Shown here: positions 9,472 through 18,854 of the stretch, piece after piece
Layout: every line of letters begins with the position of its first letter
Numbering within the stretch: position 1 is the first letter of the stretch
NCBI GenBank assembly: GCA_013178255.1
Contig: JABLWY010000001.1
Location: 364,503-428,502 of the forward strand
Source of the DNA: Coprothermobacteraceae bacterium
GTDB taxonomy: Bacteria > Coprothermobacterota > Coprothermobacteria > Coprothermobacterales > Coprothermobacteraceae
Direction: 5' to 3'
Length of the DNA: 64,000 bases
Notes under the pieces: generated by a model
The model's database searches: none
What the model saw: the letters and a program-made list of their open reading frames with translations, nothing else
What the model was told of the DNA's origin: nothing
Position numbers and translations under genes: made by a program

Positions 9472-10322
9472 TGTCTGAGCAGGTAAGAAGAACGGCAAGG
9501 CGTTTTGCTAGGACTAGGGTATTAGCAGTGTCTTCTGGAAAGGGCGGAGTAGGCAAGACCATTGTAGCTTTGGCTTTAGCCACAGTGCTTGCAAGTGCTA
9601 AGAAGAAGGTTCTGCTTATGGACGCTGATATAGGCACTGCCAACGTAAATGTAGTTCTGGGGCGTCCCGTTGAGTACAACTTGTGGGATGTTATCAAAGG
9701 CCGCATTCCCGTTGAACAGACCATATGTACTATAGGGGAGAACTTGGACCTGCTGCCAGGAGTTAACGGTGTATACGAGGCTACCTTCTGGAGGCAGCAT
9801 CACACGGAGAAACTGTGGAAAGATCTTGATCACCGATTATCTCTGTACGACTATGTAATTGTTGACACAGGCGCAGGTATCAGCAACACAATTGTTCAGT
9901 TTATATCTGCTTCCGATGAGCTAGTGGTGGTTTTCACACCAGAAGCCACTTCAGTTACAGATGCTTATGCGCTTATCAAAACGCTTCATGCAGAGAATTA
10001 CACAGGTCGAACATACTTAGTGGAGAACATGGTCCGCAGGCAGGAAGCTGACTACATAATCGCAGTCTCGCTGAAGACAATGATACAGAGGTTCTTGAAT
10101 CGCGAAATAGAGATTCTAGGAACCCTACCTTATGATCCTGACATTCCCAGGCACGTACGCTACCAGGATATGGATAAGTATCTTCAAAGAGCTGACGATT
10201 TCATGTTCCACGTGGGAAATGTGGTTAGAAAGCTTACCCGGAATACAGAAGAGTTGGGCACCTACAGACCTTCTTTCTGGAGCAAGTTGAGGGCTAGATT
10301 AGGAAACATTGTGAGTACATAG
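9468..10322 (+). CDS. flhG: MinD/ParA-type ATPase FlhG (YlxH/FleN)
   Basis: Deviant Walker A VSSGKGGVGKT. Follows flhF. 4 nt overlap. Confidence 0.85.
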   Translation: MMSEQVRRTARRFARTRVLAVSSGKGGVGKTIVALALATVLASAKKKVLLMDADIGTANVNVVLGRPVEYNLWDVIKGRIPVEQTICTIGENLDLLPGVNGVYEATFWRQHHTEKLWKDLDHRLSLYDYVIVDTGAGISNTIVQFISASDELVVVFTPEATSVTDAYALIKTLHAENYTGRTYLVENMVRRQEADYIIAVSLKTMIQRFLNREIEILGTLPYDPDIPRHVRYQDMDKYLQRADDFMFHVGNVVRKLTRNTEELGTYRPSFWSKLRARLGNIVST

Positions 10323-10326
10323 AACC

Positions 10327-11358
10327 GTGGCAGACATACTCATCATCGATGATTCCTTACTGGTAAGAAGGCTAGCTTGCGATGTACTAGTCAAAGAGCT
10401 GGGTGTTTCATGCCATGAAGCCAGCACGCTCAAAGAAGCACTATCGTTGGTAAAGAGCAGGCATTACGAGGTCGTATTGTTGGACTATGTGCTTCCTGAC
10501 GGCAACGGTTTGGAACTGCTGAAGAGAGCTAAACCGTACGTGACTGGGCGAGTACTCCTCTTCTCAAGCCTTGCCGAAGAGGGGGCGGAGGTAACCCTTA
10601 AGGCCTTGGAAGCGGGTGCAGTGGACTTCATCCTCAAGCCTAACCTCAGGTACATGTTAGAACAGGACTTTGCCCGTGAATTGACGGACAAGGTATCGAG
10701 TTTGCTCACTTCGGCATACGATCGCGGTACAGAGAAGCACTTGCGCGCGAAGAAGCTGCATGTCAGGAATCACCATGTTAACATCCAGCCAAGGTCTGAA
10801 GGCGTTATCGCAGTGGCCTCGTCTATGGGTGGCCCCCAGGCTCTGAGGCGTTTCTTCGCTAGATTTGGTACCCTGGGTTTGCCAGTGGTAGTAGCTCAAC
10901 ATATGCCGCCGGGCTTCACCCGGAACTTGGCGCAGCATATCCACCAGCAGAGTGGTCTCAAAGTGTTGGAAGCGGATACTGATATGGACTTGAAGCCTGA
11001 GACTGTATATGTGGTGGCCGGGGGTAAGCACGGGGCTGTGGAAAAGGGGCGGCTTAAGGTATTTGACGGCCCTCCTGTGAATGGTGTTAAGCCCGCTGCT
11101 GACGTGTTGTTTTACTCTTGTGCAGAGTCCTACGGTAAGCGCGTGGTGGGTGTCGTATTGACGGGCATGGGGAAAGACGGACTCGATGGCAGCAAACGTA
11201 TCAAGGAGAAGGGCGGCACTGTCTTGGCTGAGTCGAAGGATAGCGCAGCGGTTTGGGGTATGCCAGGTGAAGTAGTAAAAGCGGGTTTTGCTGACTTTGT
11301 CGGTGCGGTCGATGTGCTGCCTGAGAAGGTAAAGGAGGTCGTGGAGTCGTGGAGTTAG
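10327..11358 (+). CDS. cheB: Chemotaxis protein-glutamate methylesterase CheB (receiver plus methylesterase domains)
   Basis: N-terminal receiver (ILIIDDSLLVRR...VLLDYVLPDGNG). C-terminal CheB methylesterase (VIAVASSMGGPQAL...VVVAQHMPPGFT...). Confidence 0.9.
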   Translation: MADILIIDDSLLVRRLACDVLVKELGVSCHEASTLKEALSLVKSRHYEVVLLDYVLPDGNGLELLKRAKPYVTGRVLLFSSLAEEGAEVTLKALEAGAVDFILKPNLRYMLEQDFARELTDKVSSLLTSAYDRGTEKHLRAKKLHVRNHHVNIQPRSEGVIAVASSMGGPQALRRFFARFGTLGLPVVVAQHMPPGFTRNLAQHIHQQSGLKVLEADTDMDLKPETVYVVAGGKHGAVEKGRLKVFDGPPVNGVKPAADVLFYSCAESYGKRVVGVVLTGMGKDGLDGSKRIKEKGGTVLAESKDSAAVWGMPGEVVKAGFADFVGAVDVLPEKVKEVVESWS

Positions 11359-12104
11359 ACATCCTAATTGACTACCTGATCCGTTATAGGGAATTTGACT
11401 TGTCCGGATACAGCAAGAGCACGCTAACACGAAGAACGGCTTACTTCATGGGCATCTACGGCATAACCAGCGTGCAAGAACTAGCTGACAAGTTAGTACG
11501 CGATAACACTCTATTTCAGGACTTCTTAGACAAGCTGACTATCAACGTTACGGAGTTCTTCAGAGATCCCTGCGCTTGGACAGAACTTGTCAAACTGTTG
11601 GCACCTTTTCGGTCCAAGTCCCTTAGTGCATGGTCGGCGGGTTGCAGTGTGGGGTGTGAACCCTATACCTTAGCAATGGTACTTAAGGAAAACGGTTTTA
11701 GCGCACGCCGGATATTAGCCACAGACATAGACAAGGTGGCTTTACAAAGAGCTCGAGAGGGCATATACGAACTCAAGGAGGTCAAGAGGGTTCCACCACC
11801 CTACATGAAGTACTTCTCCAAGGTGGGTGACAGATACGCAGTAGTTGAGAGCATAAAGAAGATGGTTACTTTCAGGCATCAAAACTTGCTCAAGGACGAC
11901 TTTCCCCAGGAGGAGATGGACCTCATTCTATTCCGCAACGTAGTGATCTACTTCAATCAGGAAAGCCACGAACTCTTGTGGGGGAAGTTCTCCAAAGCGC
12001 TCAAACCCGGTGGGTTGCTCTTTGTGGGCGGCTCAGAAGTCATATTTGATCCCAAGAAATACGACCTTAAGCTGTTGAGCCACGGTTTTTATCGTAGAGT
12101 ATAG
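11349..12104 (+). CDS. cheR: Chemotaxis protein methyltransferase CheR
   Basis: INVTEFFRDP motif and the SAM-binding WSAGCSVGCEPYTLAMV motif. 10 nt overlap with cheB. Confidence 0.9.
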   Translation: MELDILIDYLIRYREFDLSGYSKSTLTRRTAYFMGIYGITSVQELADKLVRDNTLFQDFLDKLTINVTEFFRDPCAWTELVKLLAPFRSKSLSAWSAGCSVGCEPYTLAMVLKENGFSARRILATDIDKVALQRAREGIYELKEVKRVPPPYMKYFSKVGDRYAVVESIKKMVTFRHQNLLKDDFPQEEMDLILFRNVVIYFNQESHELLWGKFSKALKPGGLLFVGGSEVIFDPKKYDLKLLSHGFYRRV

Positions 12105-13863
12105 TAACCTGTTCGCACAAAGATACGTTGTCTGTGTAGGATAACTCATGTCCGTCCGATAGTATCCTCAAGGGTTTGCGATCCAACACTCCCAGATCAT
12201 TCAGATAGGCCAACAGGCTTGCCAGCGTTTCGCCTTCGTCCACAGGTACCACAATGTTTTCAGAGCCCACGCTGACCTTTACCTTTGAGAAGGATACCTG
12301 TTTGTAGACAACTCCAGGCATGATGAAATCCGGTCCTTTAAGCCTTATCAGTTCCCTTTTCACCCTAGTCAAGTACTCTTCCAACTCTCTCCTCGTACTC
12401 GGGAAAAACCTGAGCTTGACGCCTGGCACGGGTGCAGAGATAACCCTACCTTTATCATCCACCAAGGAAATAGGGACCCTCTCCCGTGTGTTTGTTTCAA
12501 TAATCACATAAAAATCAGACTTGATAGAACGTCCTAACCTCTCCACTACAATCTCGTCGCCATCACCTACTTGGTCCTCAGCAAGCGCTGCGCGGCCATT
12601 GACCCTGTACTCCAGCTCATTTTCCTCATGCACAACTAGATCTTCCGTATCTGAACCTACCTTGACCTGTAGCAGGATGGTTTCACGATCCAAGAGTCTT
12701 TCTAAGTCCAGCTCTGCTCTACGTAAGGCTGATTCGACGGTAGGTCTTTCATATCTTAAGAAGTAAGCTGGTTTGTTCTGCACAAGGATCTTTGCCACGT
12801 TCCTTTCAGGTGATAGTCTGGCCAATCCTAACGCTACGGCCCATTCTGGTTTCTGCAACTCCCCTTCGGCTTTCAGCTTGGCAACGTGAACCATTTCGCT
12901 GGGTATGTCCAGAACTCTTGCTAGGTACTCCGCTAGCCTTGGGGTCAAGGACCCTCCTCCTACCAGTGCTACCGCTGACGGGGCTTTCTTGTCGTTGGCT
13001 TCAACTATTATGGCAGCTATCGTGTTTGCAAGGACTACAGATGCTTCTTCTATGCCCTTTAAGAGATCTTCTTTCCTTATGTTTACGGCCTTCCCTACCA
13101 CGTTGAGCACTTTCTGCGACTTAGGTCTTACTTTGAGTCTTTCTGCTACGTCGATGGGAATCATGAATTTCTGACTCAGGAACTGCGTTACGAAATCTCC
13201 GGCCATAGCCACTGATGAGAAGTTGTATACAGCTCCATCACGAAATACAGTTACGTCTGAAGTACCAGCTCCTACATCCACCAGGGCTATGTTGAAATAG
13301 CGTAGCTCAGGTGGTACAGCTGCTTCTTTGCTTGCCACTGCTTCGCTGGATATGCTCCAGATCTCCAAACCAGTATCTTTGACAGCTTTGATGAGCGATA
13401 ACACAGTGTCCTTGCGGAAGAATTGTAGAACTACCCTGGCTCTCAATTCTTTGCCATGCCTACCTACGGGGTTGGATACAGTCATATCGTCTAGTAACCA
13501 CTTAGACACATCGAAGTCTGCCAACAGGTATCCTTCAATGTGAGCGTTCCTCGTAACGTCTAGCAATAAGGACAAGACGTCATTCTCCTTGACAAACTCT
13601 CCTTGGATCGTTTTTCTTCCTTCTACGACTCGCACGGCCATACTCTTCCCGGCTACTGCCAATGCAACAGGCAGTGTCATGTCTAGGCCACTCCTCTCTA
13701 AGAAAAGTGACAGTTCTTTAGTGGCCATAGGTACGTTTTCCACTTGTCCGTCTCTCAGCACAGCGAACGCATGTTTAAGAGAGGCATGCCGTGCAATTTG
13801 CCCGTCCCTGACTTCCAAGGCAGCGAACTTGTGAGTGCCGATGTCAAGGGCCAAGAAGTTCAT
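12067..13863 (-). CDS. FtsA/PilM-like actin-fold ATPase with about 200 aa C-terminal extension (two predicted beta-grasp-like modules)
   Basis: Actin-fold ATPase motifs: LALDIGTHKFAAL (phosphate 1), NIALVDVGAGTSDVTVF (phosphate 2), ALVGGGSLTPRLAEYLARVLDIP (adenosine motif). The extra C-terminal region holds two ThiS/MoaD-like segments (…YRVNGRAALAEDQVGDGDEIVV… and …VSVGSENIVVPVDEGETLASLL…ILSDGHEL…VTILYD). ATGA overlap with the upstream FapA gene. 3' end overlaps the cheR 3' end by 38 bp. Confidence 0.6.
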   Translation of the reverse strand: MNFLALDIGTHKFAALEVRDGQIARHASLKHAFAVLRDGQVENVPMATKELSLFLERSGLDMTLPVALAVAGKSMAVRVVEGRKTIQGEFVKENDVLSLLLDVTRNAHIEGYLLADFDVSKWLLDDMTVSNPVGRHGKELRARVVLQFFRKDTVLSLIKAVKDTGLEIWSISSEAVASKEAAVPPELRYFNIALVDVGAGTSDVTVFRDGAVYNFSSVAMAGDFVTQFLSQKFMIPIDVAERLKVRPKSQKVLNVVGKAVNIRKEDLLKGIEEASVVLANTIAAIIVEANDKKAPSAVALVGGGSLTPRLAEYLARVLDIPSEMVHVAKLKAEGELQKPEWAVALGLARLSPERNVAKILVQNKPAYFLRYERPTVESALRRAELDLERLLDRETILLQVKVGSDTEDLVVHEENELEYRVNGRAALAEDQVGDGDEIVVERLGRSIKSDFYVIIETNTRERVPISLVDDKGRVISAPVPGVKLRFFPSTRRELEEYLTRVKRELIRLKGPDFIMPGVVYKQVSFSKVKVSVGSENIVVPVDEGETLASLLAYLNDLGVLDRKPLRILSDGHELSYTDNVSLCEQVTILYDKNRGSTA

Positions 13864-15440
13864 TTCATCACCACTCGTGGTATGGGAGGCGGTGACGTAT
13901 ATGGATAGAACCGTATTTCTCCGTTTTCGTAGACAAACAGGACGTAAGAAAGTTCCGACCTGACCAAGTAGGAAGCGGCTCCGAACCTTATTTCAACGTT
14001 TGGGTACAACTTCTCTTTGATGAAAATCCTCGCCTTCTTTAGTTCTTCCTGTCTTTGATTGAGCAAGTCCTTAAGATGCTCATTTAGCCGATCTGTGTCC
14101 CTTTCCAAAATCGCAATTTCCTCATCGTACAGTTTCGCCATGCTTGGTGATTTCTTAGTTAGGGCCTCTAGTTCGCGTAGCCGTGCCTTCTTAGCGGAGA
14201 TGGCTTCCACTACGCGTTTGTATTCCGCTGTCAGTTTCTCAGGCTCAACGATTTGCAGCTCCACTCTTTCCGCTAGGTCGTTGCCGACAATAGGCGCTAC
14301 CACTATGTGTTCAGCGCGTATCGTCGCGCCAGAGACCCTTGCTTTGGGGTGTACCAAGTACAGATCGCGGCACTCTACTTTACTAAACAAGACACCAGTT
14401 TCCGCCACCACCAAAGGTGCCTTTACCGTTGCATGTATCAGCTGCCGCGCTATGACTGCGTTTCCAGCTTCCAACAGGGCTTTGCCATTTCCTGCTACCA
14501 CACCGTCTACCTTGATGTTCTGCCCTGCTACTAGCTTCGCTCCCTCTACCACGCCGTGCACATGGATGTTTACCTTGGAGTTCACAGAGAAGCCTTCCCT
14601 AACTGTGCCAAAGATTTGAACCGTCTCTACTACGCCTTCGATGTTACCCGTATGGTAGTCCACGTCCCCAGATACGTTGAGGATCGAGGAGACGCTAATC
14701 CTATTTCCTTCACGGATAACAACGCCGTCTGACTTGGCCACAATTCTTAGTCCATCATCCGTGACCTCCGTGCCGCGACCCGCGATGCGCCGAAGGTCTA
14801 TATCCATGCCATCTTTGGCTGTAAGTGTCTGCCCCGTCACGGTAAACCCAGGTTTGCCTTTGGTGGCTGGCGTCTTCTCCACTAACACCGTTCCCGCGCT
14901 CACGTAGTCCCATTTCGACATGAGTTCTCTGAAGTCAATGTGGCTTTGGTCCTGGTCTATCTCCACAGGACGTTGGTAAACCCACGCAAGTTGCGCGTCT
15001 TGCCCCTTTTCGGGCGGCAGACCTTTTGCTATCATTACTCGCTGAAGCGGGTGCTCCAATACATCTTTTGCCACGTCTATTTCCACACCAACTATTCCGT
15101 TAGATCTAATGCTGTCTAACAGCTCCTGAGGGGTTAACTGAAACGTGCAGAAACCTGGTAGGTACGTAGCATATGCTGCAAGCTTGTCCTCATCAATCTC
15201 GACGATTAACTCAGGGGGAACAGGATCTGTACTTATAGTGAACCATTGGCCAGGGTTCTTTATAGCCTGGATGATAGCGTCTGGAAAAGTGACCTTTAGC
15301 CTGACTCTTGACAAGCTTGCTATAACGCGCGTGGGAGGCACGCCTGCCTCATCTACTTTTATCTCCACCTTGTCGTTTTGACAACGCAGTTTCAAGCCGT
15401 CAAGGGTCAACTCAAAATGCTCAGTAGTGTCATTACTCAT
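13860..15440 (-). CDS. FapA-like flagellar assembly protein (DUF342)
   Basis: 526 aa. Central G/V-rich beta-helix-like repeats (GNIEGVVETVQIFGTVREGFSVNSKVNIHVHGVVEGAKLVAGQNIKVDGVVAGNGKALLEAGNAVIA). C-terminal coiled coil (…KKARLRELEALTKK…LKDLLNQRQEELKKARIF), as in the DUF342/FapA family. Confidence 0.65.
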   Translation of the reverse strand: MSNDTTEHFELTLDGLKLRCQNDKVEIKVDEAGVPPTRVIASLSRVRLKVTFPDAIIQAIKNPGQWFTISTDPVPPELIVEIDEDKLAAYATYLPGFCTFQLTPQELLDSIRSNGIVGVEIDVAKDVLEHPLQRVMIAKGLPPEKGQDAQLAWVYQRPVEIDQDQSHIDFRELMSKWDYVSAGTVLVEKTPATKGKPGFTVTGQTLTAKDGMDIDLRRIAGRGTEVTDDGLRIVAKSDGVVIREGNRISVSSILNVSGDVDYHTGNIEGVVETVQIFGTVREGFSVNSKVNIHVHGVVEGAKLVAGQNIKVDGVVAGNGKALLEAGNAVIARQLIHATVKAPLVVAETGVLFSKVECRDLYLVHPKARVSGATIRAEHIVVAPIVGNDLAERVELQIVEPEKLTAEYKRVVEAISAKKARLRELEALTKKSPSMAKLYDEEIAILERDTDRLNEHLKDLLNQRQEELKKARIFIKEKLYPNVEIRFGAASYLVRSELSYVLFVYENGEIRFYPYTSPPPIPRVVMK

Positions 15441-16260
15441 TCTTGTTGCTCACCATTTGCACGCCTGTCATGGCGATGGGAATGCAACCTGCCTCTTTAA
15501 GTACTTCGGTTATCCTAGGTTGCATTTCAAAGTGAAAGGGCCACAGGTCTTGATTCTTTACCAATGCTCTCAATACTATGCGCGTTCCTTTCTCCGTCAG
15601 TTCTGAGTATCCTGATGGGGGCTCCAGAACCCTTGGATCTGCCCTCACTACATCTAATAGGCGGTCTTTGACTTCTGCGGCCTTGTCCCAACAGTCTACG
15701 TAGAAGGAGAAGTTCCACAGCCTAGTACTGTTGGCTGATGCATTTACAATGGGGCCGTCCAGCAGCAACTTGTTCGGCAGCATCACTAGTTGCTGTTCAA
15801 GTGTCAATACTGTGGTGCTCAGCAAGTTTATTCCCACCACAGTTCCTGAAATGCTGCCTACTGAGACCCAATGTCCAATGTCAAACGGCTTCTGCACTAG
15901 TATCAAGGCTCCAGCAAAGAGGTTAGACAACACGTTTTGGGTCGCGAACGCTATGACTAGACCTGTTATGCCAGCTCCCGTGAGTATGGACACAGACGAT
16001 ATACCCGCGATCCTAAGAGCTGCCACCAATGCGGCAGCTAGTACCGAATAATACAGTAGGGAAAGCCAGAAGTTCACAGTGATACGTGAAATGCCTTGAT
16101 ACCGTTCTAAGCGCCTACGCGATGAATTCACCAATGCGGCCGCACCTTTTTGCACTACGACGAACAGCAGCAGCGCCGATACTACATAAAGGGATCGCCC
16201 CGTTGCATTGGTCAAAAACGCGGCCACGTCATCAAGGAAACGGGTAACGACGTCCCACAT
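15433..16260 (-). CDS. Small-conductance mechanosensitive channel, MscS family
   Basis: Three N-terminal TM helices followed by the MscS beta-domain signature (…NLFAGALILVQKPFDIGHWVSVGSISGTVVGINLLSTTVLT…). 8 nt overlap with the FapA start. Confidence 0.8.
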   Translation of the reverse strand: MWDVVTRFLDDVAAFLTNATGRSLYVVSALLLFVVVQKGAAALVNSSRRRLERYQGISRITVNFWLSLLYYSVLAAALVAALRIAGISSVSILTGAGITGLVIAFATQNVLSNLFAGALILVQKPFDIGHWVSVGSISGTVVGINLLSTTVLTLEQQLVMLPNKLLLDGPIVNASANSTRLWNFSFYVDCWDKAAEVKDRLLDVVRADPRVLEPPSGYSELTEKGTRIVLRALVKNQDLWPFHFEMQPRITEVLKEAGCIPIAMTGVQMVSNKNE

Positions 16261-16305
16261 AAGGTCATTATAAGCGAGAAGTGGGTTTGTCAGCTAACCA
16301 ATGCG

Positions 16306-16884
16306 TCAAAAAACCACAGTGAACGGTACCTTCACATTGTCGATTTCACTACCATCTTTGGGTGAATGCGTATACACTTCCAAAACAAGGTCCACGGCAG
16401 TAGCTGTTTGCCACTCTTGAGGCACTTGGATCACTTGTGCGAAAGCCGAAAAAGTCCCCATCTCGCCACCTTGCGCTATGAAAGCACCATATTCATGTAC
16501 TTCAGTGCCTTTCCAAAGTCTGATCAGGTAATTGTTCTCAAAGGTACGAGCATACCCCGACACAGGAACAAATGGACCCAGCACCAAAGCGTTGTTGTAC
16601 GGGTACGCCACCAAGATGTTGATCTCAGTTAACCGTTGCAGTCCGATGAGCGTGGTGCCTGAGTAGGTAACCGACGCCGAATTCTGCGGCAGAATTAGTG
16701 GTAAATTGACAGTGGAAGTCAGGGCAAGCTCCCCTCCTGGGGTTTCTAAGATCACTGTGCGACTCGTGACAACGGCTACTGTGGCAGTCACTGTCGTAGT
16801 CTCGGCTGCGGGCTGCTGTGGTTGGCACGCCCAAAGGAATATGGCCAACAAGACAGCCAATAGCAACGCTGTCCTACCCCTCAC
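16306..16884 (-). CDS. Predicted lipoprotein of unknown function
   Basis: Signal peptide with lipobox (…LLAIFLWAC QPQ). 192 aa with no recognisable catalytic motif. Confidence 0.5.
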   Translation of the reverse strand: MRGRTALLLAVLLAIFLWACQPQQPAAETTTVTATVAVVTSRTVILETPGGELALTSTVNLPLILPQNSASVTYSGTTLIGLQRLTEINILVAYPYNNALVLGPFVPVSGYARTFENNYLIRLWKGTEVHEYGAFIAQGGEMGTFSAFAQVIQVPQEWQTATAVDLVLEVYTHSPKDGSEIDNVKVPFTVVF

Positions 16885-16918
16885 GTTTTGCCACCCCCTT
16901 AGGCAAAAGATTATACTC

Positions 16919-16930
16919 CCTGTGCACAGG
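16919..16930. promoter_or_regulatory. Perfect 12 bp palindrome CCTGTGCACAGG in the divergent lipoprotein/ABC-2 promoter region, 2 nt after a TATACT -10-like hexamer
   Basis: Self-complementary 12-mer. TATACT at 16912-16917. ABC gene RBS and TTG start lie about 30-45 nt downstream. Confidence 0.4.
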
Positions 16931-16962
16931 AATTAGAATGTTCTCGTAGGAGGTGGTGTTTT

Positions 16963-17676
16963 TTGGTAGAAATAAGCGGCTTGACAAAACGATTTGGAAA
17001 TGTTCAAGCATTAGCTGGCATCAGCTTGAGGGCTGAACCTGGTAAAGTCACAGGGCTTTTGGGCCCAAACGGGGCAGGAAAGACCACGACCATTCGCATA
17101 CTAAGCACCATTCTCAGGGCAGACGCTGGGACTGCCAAAGTGAACGGATTTGACGTTGAACGTGAGCAGGATAAGGTCAGGGCATCCATGGGCGTGGTTT
17201 TTGAGAACTCCGGGTTATACAGGAGGCTTACCGGCACTGAGAATGTACTCTACTTCGCTGACTTGGCAGGAGTTCCGAGGAGCCGAGCTTTGAAGGTGTT
17301 GGAAGAACTTTACGCACTTCTGGATGTGGATTTTGGTGACCGTTTGGCAGTTGGCTATTCCAGGGGTATGGCTCAGAAGATTAACTTGATCAGGGCCGTC
17401 GTACATGACCCTCCTGTGGTGGTCTTGGACGAACCCACCGCTGGTCTCGATGTTCCTAGCACCTTAGCTGTCAGGTCCTTCATTGAAAAGCAGAAGGAGA
17501 AGGGGAAAACCGTGCTTCTGAGCACACACCTCATGAATGAAGTAGAGATGCTGTGTGACTACGTCTTCATCATCAACAAAGGCGTCATAGCCGTAGAGGG
17601 GACTCCCTCAGGCATAAAGCGAGACTTGGGCGCTGCCAATTTGGAAGAAGCCTTCATGAAGGCGGTGAAAGAATGA
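16963..17676 (+). CDS. ABC transporter ATP-binding protein (ABC-2 subfamily)
   Basis: Walker A LLGPNGAGKTTT, ABC signature YSRGMAQK, Walker B VVVLDEPTAGLD. TTG start with RBS GGAGGTG. Confidence 0.85.
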   Translation: MVEISGLTKRFGNVQALAGISLRAEPGKVTGLLGPNGAGKTTTIRILSTILRADAGTAKVNGFDVEREQDKVRASMGVVFENSGLYRRLTGTENVLYFADLAGVPRSRALKVLEELYALLDVDFGDRLAVGYSRGMAQKINLIRAVVHDPPVVVLDEPTAGLDVPSTLAVRSFIEKQKEKGKTVLLSTHLMNEVEMLCDYVFIINKGVIAVEGTPSGIKRDLGAANLEEAFMKAVKE

Positions 17677-18854
17677 ACCCTGTTTTAGCTGTACTCAAGA
17701 AAGAACTTAAAGAGGCTCTCAGGGATCGTCGTACGCTGATCATGAGCATCATACTGCCGGCTGTGTTAGTACCCGCCCTCATATTGGGCATCTTCTACTT
17801 CATGGACACTACGGAGAGAAACGCCACGAAGACTGGTTTCACTGTGGCCTATAGCGGTAGTGCCCAGTTAGAGGCGTTCCTTGTGCAGGCAGGGGTGAAG
17901 GTGGAGAAACCGGTCAGTGTGCAAGACGCCGTCTTGTCTAAGAAGGCGGACGTGGGGTTAATCGAGAAGGTGGAAGGCGGCACAGAGGTGGTGACGATCC
18001 TGAAATCTTACGCGTCAGGAGCTAAGGGTGACTCCGCAGCAGCTCAGCTGAGGGCTCTATTGGAAGTTTACAAGCAGTACCGCATTGGTGAGTACCTTCG
18101 TTCAAAAGGTTTGGAAGAAGACGTCTTTTCTATGGTCAAGGTAGAAACTGCTTCAGTAGGGGATCCCGTGTCTTTTGTCAAGTACATGATTGCTTACATC
18201 CTGTCTTTGATGCTGTTAGCTATAGGATTTGTGGGGAACGTGTACTTGGGAACCGACGTGGGTGCAGGAGAGAAAGAGCGGGGCACGCTGGAACCTCTCT
18301 TGGCAACACCTGCTAACAGGCTGACGCTAGCTGTGGGTAAATGGCTTGCCCTTTCTACTTTGAACTTCGCTGCAACGCTCATAACTGTGACATCGTTTGC
18401 CCTAACTTACACGTATGCTCTCACGCATTTCAGTTTGGGCAGCCCCTCATTGGGTCATTCTGTCTCAGTCTTCGAAGTTTGGGGTTCAGGCATATGGGCA
18501 ATGGTCATTGGCGCCCTGCTGCTGGCTGTGAGCGGAGCTGCACTGCAGTTCATGATATCCATGTACAGTCGAAATATGAGGGAAGCGCAACTCTACCTGG
18601 GCCAGTTAGGTATGGTGGTACTGCCGTTTGTGTTTATTATCATGCCTAGCCTGACTAACGCTACGGCTATTCCAAATTGGGGGTACTACATCCCCATCAT
18701 CAATGCCTCGGTGGTGGTCTACAACGTTATCACAGGCAATGTTGTCTCTTCCCTCGTTTGGGTGGCTTTGGCCATGGATGTGGTGGTGGCACTGTTGCTG
18801 GCAGTACTCATAAGCAAATTTATGGATCGTGAGAGTGTAATATTGCGTTCCTAA
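17673..18854 (+). CDS. ABC-2 family transporter permease (NatB-like)
   Basis: 393 aa. N-terminal TM helix, a large extracytoplasmic loop, then five TM helices. 4 nt overlap with the ATPase gene. Confidence 0.75.
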   Translation: MNPVLAVLKKELKEALRDRRTLIMSIILPAVLVPALILGIFYFMDTTERNATKTGFTVAYSGSAQLEAFLVQAGVKVEKPVSVQDAVLSKKADVGLIEKVEGGTEVVTILKSYASGAKGDSAAAQLRALLEVYKQYRIGEYLRSKGLEEDVFSMVKVETASVGDPVSFVKYMIAYILSLMLLAIGFVGNVYLGTDVGAGEKERGTLEPLLATPANRLTLAVGKWLALSTLNFAATLITVTSFALTYTYALTHFSLGSPSLGHSVSVFEVWGSGIWAMVIGALLLAVSGAALQFMISMYSRNMREAQLYLGQLGMVVLPFVFIIMPSLTNATAIPNWGYYIPIINASVVVYNVITGNVVSSLVWVALAMDVVVALLLAVLISKFMDRESVILRS

